From: a virus | Lineage: Duplodnaviria; Caudoviricetes | Direction: 5' to 3' (one strand) | IMG/VR virus record: IMGVR_UViG_3300028586_000316 | Coordinates: 1-38,302 of that record | Length of the DNA stretch: 38,302 nucleotides | Shown: positions 1 through 9,229 of the stretch, in pieces | Numbering within the stretch: position 1 is the first letter of the stretch | Layout of the letters: each line of letters starts with the position of its first letter | Translations under genes and position numbers: made by a program | The notes under the pieces: generated by a model | What the model was told of the DNA's origin: nothing | Seen by the model: the letters and a program-made list of their open reading frames with translations, nothing else | Database searches by the model: none

Positions 1-10
1 CTATTCCTAG

Positions 11-1816
<1,806 letters not shown>

Positions 1817-1832
1817 TCTGCTTCGTTGAGCC

Positions 1833-1861
1833 TTGACGGGCTCTCGCTAAAACAATATCCT
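1833..1861 (+). promoter_or_regulatory. Putative sigma70 promoter for the tRNA
   Basis: TTGACG (1833-1838), 17-bp spacer, TATCCT (1856-1861), just after the rpoD stop. Confidence 0.5.
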
Positions 1862-1916
1862 CTCGCCACTTTGGGTTTTCGGTGTTCCACCGTTGGCCCG
1901 GAAGTGGCGAGTTTTT
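1862..1916 (+). terminator. Long hairpin plus T-tract between rpoD and tRNA
   Basis: CTCGCCACTT...AAGTGGCGAG inverted repeat followed by TTTTT. Confidence 0.5.
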
Positions 1917-1941
1917 AGCGCCCTCATGTAGTACAGGTTTC

Positions 1942-2020
<79 letters not shown>

Positions 2021-2037
2021 ATAAAATCAAATACTTG

Positions 2038-2089
2038 CACCATTTTTTGCGGAAGAGCGAGTTCCGCAAAATGGTGCGAGTTCCGCAAA
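2038..2089. repeat. Candidate integrase arm-type sites / inverted repeat next to attL
   Basis: GCGAGTTCCGCAAA at 2057-2070 and 2076-2089; inverted TTTGCGGAA at 2046-2054. Confidence 0.55.
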
Positions 2090-2274
2090 CCGCGATTTTG
2101 TGCGGTGTCATTCTCTTCTTGTTATCTCGGCTGTAGGCCAGACTCTTTGTTGCTTCTAAGCTTCGGCTCATGCTTTGTAAGATGAGGTCGGTCCGCTGTA
2201 AGTTTGGAAAATGCAACGAAAGGACTGTAGCGTTAAAGCGGTACAATTGAGTCTTTGAATTACTGGGACATGCG

Positions 2275-3111
2275 ATGGCACGCGAGCTATTGATCTACTG
2301 CGATGAGTCGGACAAGAAGGGAAAACACTTCGAAAACTTTTATGGTGGAGCGTTAGTTGAATCGACCCATCTGCTGGAGGTGGTTCAGCGCTTAGAGGAA
2401 AAAAAGAAGGAACTGCATCTCGGCGCGGAAGTGAAGTGGCAGAAAATCACGGAAGCCTACGCCGAAAAATATATGGCTTTCCTTGATGAGGTCTTCGCGC
2501 TCATGGAAGAAGGGAAGTTAAAGATGCGTATTATGTTCACGCAGAAATACTTTCGAGCGGTAAATCTCACTGATGAGCACCGGGAAAACGAGTTCTTCAT
2601 CCTCTACTATCACTTTGTAAAGCACGCCTTCGGCCTCCAGTACGCTGGTAGCTCGGCTGAGACACCTGTGCGTATGTACTTCGATATGTTGCCCGACAAG
2701 AAGTCGAAATGCGACGATTTTAAGGAATTCGTCGTGGGCCTGAACAATCAAAAAGCCTTCCGTTCAAATGGAATTGTTATTAAGAAAGATCAGATTGCCG
2801 AGGTCGACTCAAAAGACCATGTGATTTTGCAGAGCTTGGATATCGTTATGGGCTCTATGCCTTTCCGATTGAACGACAAGCACAAGGAAAAACCGGAAGG
2901 CTCTAGAGTACGAGGGAAGCGTACTGTTGCAAAAGAGAAGGTCTACAAGTACATCCTTAGCAGGATCCGTATCATTTACCCCGGCTTCAATAGTGGAATG
3001 AGTACGGGAATCGAAGGGGATATTGAGAACCGCTGGCGACACGCTTATCGCCACTGGAAGTTCATGCCTGCAGAAGTGGAGATCAGGCCAGAATTTGCGA
3101 AGAGCAAATAA
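2275..3111 (+). CDS. DUF3800-family protein (RNase H-like fold), prophage cargo
   Basis: N-terminal LIYCDES, ELHLGAEVKWQKI, YFD and C-terminal VDSKDHVILQSLD (QxxD) motifs; visibly more AT-rich than flanks. Confidence 0.8.
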   Translation: MARELLIYCDESDKKGKHFENFYGGALVESTHLLEVVQRLEEKKKELHLGAEVKWQKITEAYAEKYMAFLDEVFALMEEGKLKMRIMFTQKYFRAVNLTDEHRENEFFILYYHFVKHAFGLQYAGSSAETPVRMYFDMLPDKKSKCDDFKEFVVGLNNQKAFRSNGIVIKKDQIAEVDSKDHVILQSLDIVMGSMPFRLNDKHKEKPEGSRVRGKRTVAKEKVYKYILSRIRIIYPGFNSGMSTGIEGDIENRWRHAYRHWKFMPAEVEIRPEFAKSK

Positions 3112-3176
3112 AAAGGCCCCGCGCCAGCTACATGAGTGTCCCAAGTGAAACTTGGGCGTTCGCTGAACGAAGGGCC
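3106..3176 (-). ncRNA. Predicted structured small RNA convergent with the DUF3800 gene
   Basis: Minus-strand promoter GTGACT-17-TATAAT; predicted start at GGCCC (3176); long outer stem GGCCCUUCGUUCAGC/GCUGGCGCGGGGCC; inner hairpin CCCAAGU-UUC-ACUUGGG; UUUUUAUUU tail. Confidence 0.6.
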
Positions 3177-3182
3177 AAAAGA

Positions 3183-3211
3183 ATTATAGCTAAATGCTAC
3201 GACAGAGTCAC
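3183..3211 (-). promoter_or_regulatory. sigma70 promoter for the small RNA
   Basis: Perfect TATAAT (3188-3183), 17-bp spacer, GTGACT (3211-3206). Confidence 0.6.
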
Positions 3212-3273
3212 GAGGTTTCTTCAACTGTACTTGACAGGGGACGCCGAGCAGCGTAGTGCTCACAAGATGAGCT

Positions 3274-4377
3274 CTACTTAGTTGGCTTCACCAGTTTGCC
3301 TTTCCGATGTCGAACATACTGCCTAGTCATCGTAGCCGAGGCGTGGCCTAGCTGACTCTGGGCCGCTTCCATGCCCTGCTGCTCTTCTTTGTCCGTGCCA
3401 GCCTTCGCACGAAGGTCTCGGAACTGGAATTCCCTAATTTCGGCGGCGAGTCCTGGGTGCTGCTGGACAGCTTTCGTGCGTGCTCGGTCAAATGCGCTAC
3501 GGAATTGACTGTAGCTTTTGGGGATTAATCGGAGGCTCGTGACCTTTTCGGCCGCGTTCCGCGCCAAGATGCGGTTGATCACGGCCTCTAGTTGGCCCTC
3601 GATCGCCACGCGCAGCTTCGTCCCGGTTTTGTTCTGCTCGACCCATACGGCGCCCTCCTTGACGTCAACCCTGCCGATCTTGAGGGAGTCGGCTGGCCGC
3701 TGGCCTACCAAGTAAGCTAGGTCCATAAGGTCCTGCAGCCAGTCATCGGCAGCCGCGTGAACAGCATGGTAGACCTGATCCTCGACATAGACGTCGCGTC
3801 CGGTCTCTTTGTGGCCTTTGATGCCGGCGCATGGGTTCGCAAGCTTCGTCAGACCTTTCTCGCGGGCGTAGTTCCAGATGTGCGAGAAAAGAGCCTTCTC
3901 ACGGTTGGCGCGCACGTGGCCAGCATTGGCAGCCACCGGCAGCGGATCCTTTCCTGCTTCGGCCCGTTTCTCGTTTTCCTTCTTCTTCTTTTCGATCGTC
4001 CATTGAATGCGCCAGTCTAGGTACTGGCGAATGTGCATCGGCTCGATCTCGTCTAGGATAGCCGGAGGATCATCAAAGAACTTGTAGAGCATGGCCAGCT
4101 CTTCGAGATTGTCCTCTTGGGTGCGTGGTGCCTTCCCAGGGAGCTTGTCGCGCATGTAGCGCTCGGCGGCATGGCGAAACGTGATGGCTTTCCCGGCCGT
4201 CGGTGTGCCGTTGAGTTCTGCCCATTTCCGCACGGCCTCGGTGTAGTCCTTGCCTACAGGTATCTCGCGGCGTTTTCCATCTTCAACCACCTCAACATAG
4301 TAGTAGGTGCCAGCCTGGCGGTGTCGTGCTCGCATGCCAGCTGGTAGGTTGAGGTTTTTAGTCGGCCTGCGGCCCAT
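3274..4377 (-). CDS. int: Phage tyrosine integrase
   Basis: GQRPAD (R), FRDLRAKAGTD and QLGHASATMTRQYVR (H, Y) catalytic motifs; N-terminal arm-binding-like region; near a tRNA. Confidence 0.93.
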   Translation of the reverse strand: MGRRPTKNLNLPAGMRARHRQAGTYYYVEVVEDGKRREIPVGKDYTEAVRKWAELNGTPTAGKAITFRHAAERYMRDKLPGKAPRTQEDNLEELAMLYKFFDDPPAILDEIEPMHIRQYLDWRIQWTIEKKKKENEKRAEAGKDPLPVAANAGHVRANREKALFSHIWNYAREKGLTKLANPCAGIKGHKETGRDVYVEDQVYHAVHAAADDWLQDLMDLAYLVGQRPADSLKIGRVDVKEGAVWVEQNKTGTKLRVAIEGQLEAVINRILARNAAEKVTSLRLIPKSYSQFRSAFDRARTKAVQQHPGLAAEIREFQFRDLRAKAGTDKEEQQGMEAAQSQLGHASATMTRQYVRHRKGKLVKPTK

Positions 4378-4378
4378 A

Positions 4379-4606
4379 TCACGCTGTCCTTAATACTCGA
4401 GGCACCCAAGCCTTCTTCGGTTCGCTTGTTGCATGCGTCGGCATACGGCCTTCGATTGCGGCTCGGGCAACTATAGCCCATCCTCTTCCATTAACGAAGA
4501 AGGGGATACCCATACGTTTTAGCGCTGCTATTTGGGGCAGTCGATGAGCGAAGCCCGTGAGCTTGCGCATATCGTCTTTATCTAGAAAGGTATCGGGGGT
4601 GTCCAC
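4379..4606 (-). CDS. Putative excisionase (DUF4224-like)
   Basis: FLDKDDMRKLTG...QIAALKRMGIPFFVNGRGWAIVAR; directly upstream of int. Confidence 0.8.
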   Translation of the reverse strand: MDTPDTFLDKDDMRKLTGFAHRLPQIAALKRMGIPFFVNGRGWAIVARAAIEGRMPTHATSEPKKAWVPRVLRTA

Positions 4607-4609
4607 AAC

Positions 4610-4972
4610 TTACCTCAACTTGATCCTATTTGTTTCCGTCTGCGTCGCCTGCTGGTCGGCCGGGGTGCCCGATCCTGCGCTGGTTCGCTTCTTTCTCTTG
4701 CCAGAGCGCTTCCTCAGAAGCCTGTCTCGGACGATGCGTTCGAGCGCATCGCCAAGTGTCATGTCCTTGAACCGAATGTATTTGGCGAGTGCTTCGGCCA
4801 CCTCTAGCGAAACCTTTGCTGCTGGGAGCAGTGTTTTGCCTTCCGCTTCCAGTTTGGCGCGACGCCGCGCCTGCCTGGCTGATGGGCTCAACGCCTTACC
4901 GGTCGACGGTCGCCCCCGCTTTCTCGGGGTGTCTTCCGGCTTCGCTGCATTGTCAATGGTCTGCATGGTCAT
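4610..4972 (-). CDS. Small DNA-binding protein (AT-hook-like plus RHH-like)
   Basis: RKRGRPSTG, RQARRRAKL, then helices EVAEALAKYIR...TLGDALERIVR; in the leftward operon. Confidence 0.6.
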   Translation of the reverse strand: MTMQTIDNAAKPEDTPRKRGRPSTGKALSPSARQARRRAKLEAEGKTLLPAAKVSLEVAEALAKYIRFKDMTLGDALERIVRDRLLRKRSGKRKKRTSAGSGTPADQQATQTETNRIKLR

Positions 4973-4987
4973 TAATCCAGCAAGGAA

Positions 4988-5749
4988 TTAGCGTGAGAAA
5001 TCACGGTTTTTCTGTGGTTGAATTTTCCCGGTCGAGGCGCTAGGTCGATGCTGCGAGCTTTGCGGGTCGATCTCCGCCTTTTGATAGTCGCGCTCCACAT
5101 CAAGCTTGCCGATCGACGCAAGCTGTTCAAACGTAGAAAGCGAAGCGCGGACCTGTTGAAGCATTCCTTCAATATTGTGGAACTCGTCACCCAGCATCGC
5201 TTTCAAGCGTTCATGGAGCTTATCCACTGCGCTATTTGCGTCCGGCACTGCTACCGGCTCGCCACGGTTCCACAGCATCATGGCGAAGTTGCCGATGTCT
5301 ACCGGGTCGCCTTTGGCCAAGTGGTCGAGCAGCATTGCACGGAGGCGGTCTGCAGGGCATAGCACTTCGTTATCCCAGCCGTTGCGGCCCTTCGCTCGGC
5401 TTGCTGCCATCTTGGCTTTCATGGCCGCTGCAAAACGGTCCACGGCGCCGTCATCAGGATGCTGGAATTTCGGATACTCGTCCTGTGCCGGCGCTGCCGA
5501 TCGAGACGTGAGGGCCAGCTGCGAGCCAAGCCATCCTTCGCCCTCATACCAAGCATCGCAGAAGGCATCGTCGATTCCGGTTTCAGCCGTGATGGGAAAG
5601 GCACCGCCGCCTACTTCCTGGCCGTCGACGAGCAGCTTCAACGTCCAGCCGCCGCCGACTTCCACATCGCGCGGATCGATCGTGTATTTGAAGCGGCCTT
5701 TGCCTGCCGTATGACTACCTTCGCCTTTAGGTCGTTGAATGTCAGACAT
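4988..5749 (-). CDS. Phage early-left hypothetical protein (multidomain)
   Basis: 253 aa, tightly packed in the operon; contains the common phage motif AVDRFAAAMKAKM...GRNGWD...KGDPVDIGNFAMML. Confidence 0.7.
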   Translation of the reverse strand: MSDIQRPKGEGSHTAGKGRFKYTIDPRDVEVGGGWTLKLLVDGQEVGGGAFPITAETGIDDAFCDAWYEGEGWLGSQLALTSRSAAPAQDEYPKFQHPDDGAVDRFAAAMKAKMAASRAKGRNGWDNEVLCPADRLRAMLLDHLAKGDPVDIGNFAMMLWNRGEPVAVPDANSAVDKLHERLKAMLGDEFHNIEGMLQQVRASLSTFEQLASIGKLDVERDYQKAEIDPQSSQHRPSASTGKIQPQKNRDFSR

Positions 5750-6011
5750 GTGCGGTCTCCTCTGTCGCTTGCTGGGGAATGGTCATGATTTCGATAAGCG
5801 AACTGTCGATGCCCTCAAGCCGGCCGCTCAGATATACGAGCATCGTAATGTCGCAGCCGGACACGTTGCTCGTCAGGCCCTGGATGAAATACTTAAGGCC
5901 GAGGTACAGCACAGGCCGACCACAATGCTGTGATTTCAAAAGTAGGTGATGGTGTTTGTAGGCCTCGACGTTGAACGGCTTGTCCTGGCTGTTGTCGATC
6001 GGGCCCGTCAT
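5742..6011 (-). CDS. Hypothetical phage protein (89 aa)
   Basis: ATG at 6011 with GAGGA SD and ATGA overlap with the upstream stop. Confidence 0.55.
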   Translation of the reverse strand: MTGPIDNSQDKPFNVEAYKHHHLLLKSQHCGRPVLYLGLKYFIQGLTSNVSGCDITMLVYLSGRLEGIDSSLIEIMTIPQQATEETAHV

Positions 6012-6253
6012 GCTGTCCTCTGGCGTTCTGCAAATACATCGCGCAGCTGGGCGTGGAACTCGAGCCACGGCGCTACTTCGTGGTTGAGTTCGCGGAGAGC
6101 CTCGGCATTAGCGTCGAGCTCGAGTTGAAGTGTCGCTTGATAGCCGGCATGGCCATCGCGTTCGGCTTCGTGAAGCGAATTGATCGCTTGCATGCGCACT
6201 GCGATCAGGGCGCCGACGGCAACGCTTATAGTTTCTTTGCTGAGGTCTTTCAC
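6008..6253 (-). CDS. Hypothetical phage protein (81 aa)
   Basis: GTG start in a GTGA overlap with the upstream stop, GGGAG SD; helical sequence MKDLSKETISVAVGAL... Confidence 0.55.
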   Translation of the reverse strand: MKDLSKETISVAVGALIAVRMQAINSLHEAERDGHAGYQATLQLELDANAEALRELNHEVAPWLEFHAQLRDVFAERQRTA

Positions 6254-6621
6254 GCGGCAACTCCCATTTTCGAAAGTTGAGGTTTGGTCGCGCCAGGTTT
6301 TATAGCATCGAGGGTATAGAACGCGAGGTCGAACTCGGCGCGGGTGACGCGGATGTGAACCATCCAAGCCGTATAGCCGCGTTTTGGCTGATGTGGTGCA
6401 CGGACAGGATCGGATACCTGGTAGCCCCGCGAACGCATGAGCTGCAGCACGCGCGGCAAGTGGAGGCGCTTGCCGTCTTCAGATACCTGGTCGGGTGTGC
6501 AGACGTGTGCACTGCAAAACTTCCGCAGCGTGTTCCTATCCCGATCGTCTTCAAGCGCGCGGCTTAGTTCGCCGGTGCTTGGCACAGTAGTGCGAGCGCG
6601 AGAGGTCGGCGTACGGTTCAT
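6250..6621 (-). CDS. Hypothetical phage protein (123 aa)
   Basis: ORF with coupled overlaps at both ends in the leftward operon. Confidence 0.6.
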   Translation of the reverse strand: MNRTPTSRARTTVPSTGELSRALEDDRDRNTLRKFCSAHVCTPDQVSEDGKRLHLPRVLQLMRSRGYQVSDPVRAPHQPKRGYTAWMVHIRVTRAEFDLAFYTLDAIKPGATKPQLSKMGVAA

Positions 6622-6761
6622 GCTGGCACGACCGTGATGCCGAAGACATCGTCACCCTGTTCAGCGGCGACTAGGTCGTATGCCGAGGCTGAGGTGAAGG
6701 CCGGGCGGAAAAAGTGGCGGACTTTGCCTGCCTTTCGCAGGGTTACCAAGTAGTAGTACAT
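6618..6761 (-). CDS. 47-aa first gene of the pL operon (not in ORF track)
   Basis: AAAGGA SD; MYYYLVTLRKAGKVRHFFRPAFTSASAYDLVAAEQGDDVFGITVVPA; ATGA overlap with the next gene. Confidence 0.65.
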   Translation of the reverse strand: MYYYLVTLRKAGKVRHFFRPAFTSASAYDLVAAEQGDDVFGITVVPA

Positions 6762-6797
6762 CGACGCATCCTTTCAAAAATAAGAGGAACTGCGTCG

Positions 6798-6841
6798 ATA
6801 TTACTAAACGGTAATGCGAAACGTCAACACCATTTGGTAAT
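6798..6841 (-). promoter_or_regulatory. pL-like promoter with OL operators
   Basis: TTGACG-18-TAATAT on the minus strand; operators ATTACTAAACGGTAAT (6800-6815) and AACACCATTTGGTAAT (6826-6841). Confidence 0.75.
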
Positions 6842-6971
6842 AATTACCGCGTGGACATAAAAGAGTCGAAAAAAAATCGGCGGTTTACTAGCTTGATCGT
6901 ACGTACGTTGCGTATATGCATCATGCGCGGCACGGACCCCCGACACACGAGAATCTGGCAAACTCAAAAAG

Positions 6972-6989
6972 ACTGTATATTTATACAGT
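6972..6989. promoter_or_regulatory. LexA (SOS) box
   Basis: ACTGTATATTTATACAGT: CTGT-N8-ACAG with an AT-only spacer. Confidence 0.85.
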
Positions 6990-7063
6990 ATTTTTGTGTA
7001 GGATATTTCGTACAGAAAAGTTGCGGTGCGCAAAGGCCGGCGTGATCGCTTGCGGGGTGAGAA

Positions 7064-7216
7064 GTGGAACAGTATTTCAGAGAGATGAAGGAGGCGCTCA
7101 GGGCGATGAACCCTGAGGCACGTGCGGAGATGTTGAAGCTAGCGCAGGCGATGGCGAAGAGGCATCCTGCGCAGGCGCAGCCGTTGCTACGACTGGTGAG
7201 CGGAGCCCGTCGCTGA
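7064..7216 (+). CDS. Putative SOS-inducible antirepressor, 50 aa (not in ORF track)
   Basis: GTG start after GGGGTGAG; MEQYFREMKEALRAMNPEARAEMLKLAQAMAKRHPAQAQPLLRLVSGARR; downstream of the LexA box; convergent with and overlapping the cI 3' end by 30 nt. Confidence 0.6.
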   Translation: MEQYFREMKEALRAMNPEARAEMLKLAQAMAKRHPAQAQPLLRLVSGARR

Positions 7217-7651
7217 CTCCTCGCCTGCCGCCGATTCGGCCGCGGTTTCGACCAGACTCTTACCCATGTCCGAAGCCCTGCGGTAAAGCGTAAGCAGATC
7301 GAGCTCCCGCTGCGTCACATACACAAGAGCCATTCTCTGCGGTTCGACGTTTTCCACGACGGTAAGCTCAGCGCGCAGCGGCCGAAGTGTGGAGAGCGCT
7401 GCCGATTCCTTATCATTCCGTAACGCCTTGCGGGCTGCTTCCTCGTCCTCGATGTCGAGCCACCCGGTCGGCACTTGGCATTTCGCCTCGAGCTTGCGCG
7501 CCTTACGTTCTCCGAACGACTTGGCGCGCAACAGTCCAGAAACCTCACCCTGGTTCTCGCCGGTTTCATCAACGAACCGCGCTTGAGAGCCGTCGTATCG
7601 CTCTCGAATCAACTGCGCTAGCCGCGCGCGTCGTATGTCTTGAATTTCCAT
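7187..7651 (-). CDS. CI-like HTH repressor without S24 autoprotease domain
   Basis: IRRARLAQLIRERYDGSQARFVDETGENQGEVSGLL...FGERKARKLE...GWLD HTH; divergent from cro; only 154 aa. Confidence 0.85.
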   Translation of the reverse strand: MEIQDIRRARLAQLIRERYDGSQARFVDETGENQGEVSGLLRAKSFGERKARKLEAKCQVPTGWLDIEDEEAARKALRNDKESAALSTLRPLRAELTVVENVEPQRMALVYVTQRELDLLTLYRRASDMGKSLVETAAESAAGEESATGSAHQS

Positions 7652-7658
7652 AGGCGGG

Positions 7659-7730
7659 ATTGTCCTAGGCGATTACTAAAGAGTAAATCACCAAATGGTA
7701 TTGACCAACCTCATTACCGTTTAGTAATAT
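7659..7730. promoter_or_regulatory. OR region: pRM-like and pR-like promoters with three operators
   Basis: Operators at 7672-7687, 7687-7702 and 7713-7728 (the last is the exact reverse complement of OL 6800-6815); plus-strand TTGACC-18-TAATAT; minus-strand TTTACT-17-GACAAT. Confidence 0.75.
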
Positions 7731-7738
7731 GCTTTCCC

Positions 7739-8002
7739 ATGGAAAAATTACTCGCATATTTGAACGGCCTCGATAAAGCAGCGCGCACAGCGTTCTGCAC
7801 CGCATGCGGTACGACGGAGCGCTACCTGCGCAAGGCCATCAGCGCCAAGCAGCCGCTCGGTGCCCATCTCTGCATCAACATCGACAGGGAGTCGCGCGGT
7901 GCCGTTCGCTGCGAGGACTTGCGCCCGGACGTCGACTGGGCCTACCTCCGGGGCACGGCCAAGCTCGCGCCAGGTGAACCGGATGGCGCCACCGATGCGT
8001 AG
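7739..8002 (+). CDS. Cro/YdaS-like regulator
   Basis: MEKLLAYLNGL...AFCTACGTTERYLRKAIS...GAVRCEDLRPDVDWAYLRG; start reassigned to the ATG at 7739, just after the pR -10 box. Confidence 0.85.
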   Translation: MEKLLAYLNGLDKAARTAFCTACGTTERYLRKAISAKQPLGAHLCINIDRESRGAVRCEDLRPDVDWAYLRGTAKLAPGEPDGATDA

Positions 8003-8268
8003 GTCACGTGCACTAGCGCCTGTAGGTGCCGCGGGATTGGCCGGCATTGTGCAAAGCGCTCGACAGCATCAATCGTCAGCGGATCAGTCGCGTCGACCAC
8101 TTTCCAGCACGGCTCCTCGACCGCCGGCCCGCCTGCAATCTGAAACGCGATCAGGACCGACCGACCTCCCGCCAGCTGCGCGAAAGAGTGCGGTTCGAGC
8201 GTCCGGACAAAGCCGTTGTCGAGCCAGTGCACCAGGTGCTTGTTTGCGACCGCCTCCGTAAGCGTCAT
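7942..8268 (-). CDS. Small WYL-like domain protein, antisense in the early right operon
   Basis: GAGAGG SD; RTLEPHSFAQLAGGRSVLIAFQIAGG...PCWKVV resembles the stand-alone WYL pattern RxVEPH...LRAYQ..GG...WK. Confidence 0.5.
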   Translation of the reverse strand: MTLTEAVANKHLVHWLDNGFVRTLEPHSFAQLAGGRSVLIAFQIAGGPAVEEPCWKVVDATDPLTIDAVERFAQCRPIPRHLQALVHVTYASVAPSGSPGASLAVPRR

Positions 8269-8355
8269 CGGAACCTCTCAATTTCAAATAGGAAAGAGCT
8301 TCGCACTTTACTGCTTAGCAATAGTTGGCAAAACCAAAATAAACCAGAGGGATGT

Positions 8356-8823
8356 ATGGAATTGCGTGAAGCAAAACTCAAGATGATCGCCGCCGTCCGG
8401 GGTGGCTGGGAAGTTGCCGCCCCTTACCTCGGCATGTCGGTGAATGCGCTGCGCAACCGGGTCTACGGCGTGAAGGACCAGAAGCTGTCGGACGAAGACT
8501 CCCTGGCGCTGCAGCTGCTGTCGGACACCAAGCACTATGCGGAAGCGATCGCCACGGCATCGGGCGGCATCTTCGTCCGGCTGCCGGACGGTGGCGAGCA
8601 CGAGAACCAGGATCTCATGAAGAAGTTCAACGAGCTGTACACCAAGCTTGGGGATCTCTCGCGGGACTTCACCGCGGCCATCGCAAACGATGACTCGATC
8701 GACGCGCGCGAGCGGAAGATCCTCGAGGAGGACGCACGCAAGATGCACCAGACGCTGACCGAGTTGCTGGGCCTGATGTTCCTGGTCTATGGCCAGCCTG
8801 GCGACGGAGGCAAAGATGCGTAA
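8356..8823 (+). CDS. YmfL/CII-like phage regulatory protein
   Basis: GAGGG SD; GGWEVAAPYLGMSVNALRNRVYGVKDQ...YAEAIATASGGIFVRLP; position after cro. Confidence 0.75.
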   Translation: MELREAKLKMIAAVRGGWEVAAPYLGMSVNALRNRVYGVKDQKLSDEDSLALQLLSDTKHYAEAIATASGGIFVRLPDGGEHENQDLMKKFNELYTKLGDLSRDFTAAIANDDSIDARERKILEEDARKMHQTLTELLGLMFLVYGQPGDGGKDA

Positions 8824-9229
8824 CGGTCCGCGCGCGGGCAGCCGCGCCTACCTGGCTCTCCAGTTCCTGCTTCAGGTAGGTCCGCTCGATACCAAAGACT
8901 GGATGAACCACACGTCCGTCAGCAAGTCGGCCGTGAAATTCGATCGCGAAGTGACCGGCCCTCTCACGCGCTGGAAGCTGGTCGACGTCAATGCGTCCGG
9001 CGTGTTCTGCGTCACGCAGGCCGGCCGCGACTTCCTCGACGAGCGCACACCCGAGCCGGATGAGCAGGAAGCCGTCAGCGGCCGCTACGTTCACCCGATC
9101 CAACAGCTGTCGGCGCGTCATCGGCCCCAGCGTCCCATGCGCCTTGGCGCCTTCGACTACCGGGATATCCCGTCCCGCTGCGCGAACGTCAGCGTGCCGT
9201 ACAAAAGCAGCATCAAAGCGGAGAACTGA
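8816..9229 (+). CDS. Hypothetical phage protein, possible winged helix
   Basis: GGAGG SD; overlaps both neighbours; [25 protein letters not shown] wing-like motif. Confidence 0.6.
   Translation: MRNGPRAGSRAYLALQFLLQVGPLDTKDWMNHTSVSKSAVKFDREVTGPLTRWKLVDVNASGVFCVTQAGRDFLDERTPEPDEQEAVSGRYVHPIQQLSARHRPQRPMRLGAFDYRDIPSRCANVSVPYKSSIKAEN

Noticed and set aside
2-10. In-frame TAG in rpoD region 1.1 (TAT TCC TAG ATC, where Y-S-E-I is expected)
   Set aside because: A single G>T change in the first 10 bases of the window in an essential gene is most likely an edge sequencing error, not a pseudogene or recoding; check the reads
8026-8355. N-terminal extension of the 265-aa ORF
   Set aside because: YmfL-like sequence and the SD begin at 8356; the extension is the shadow of the minus-strand WYL-like gene
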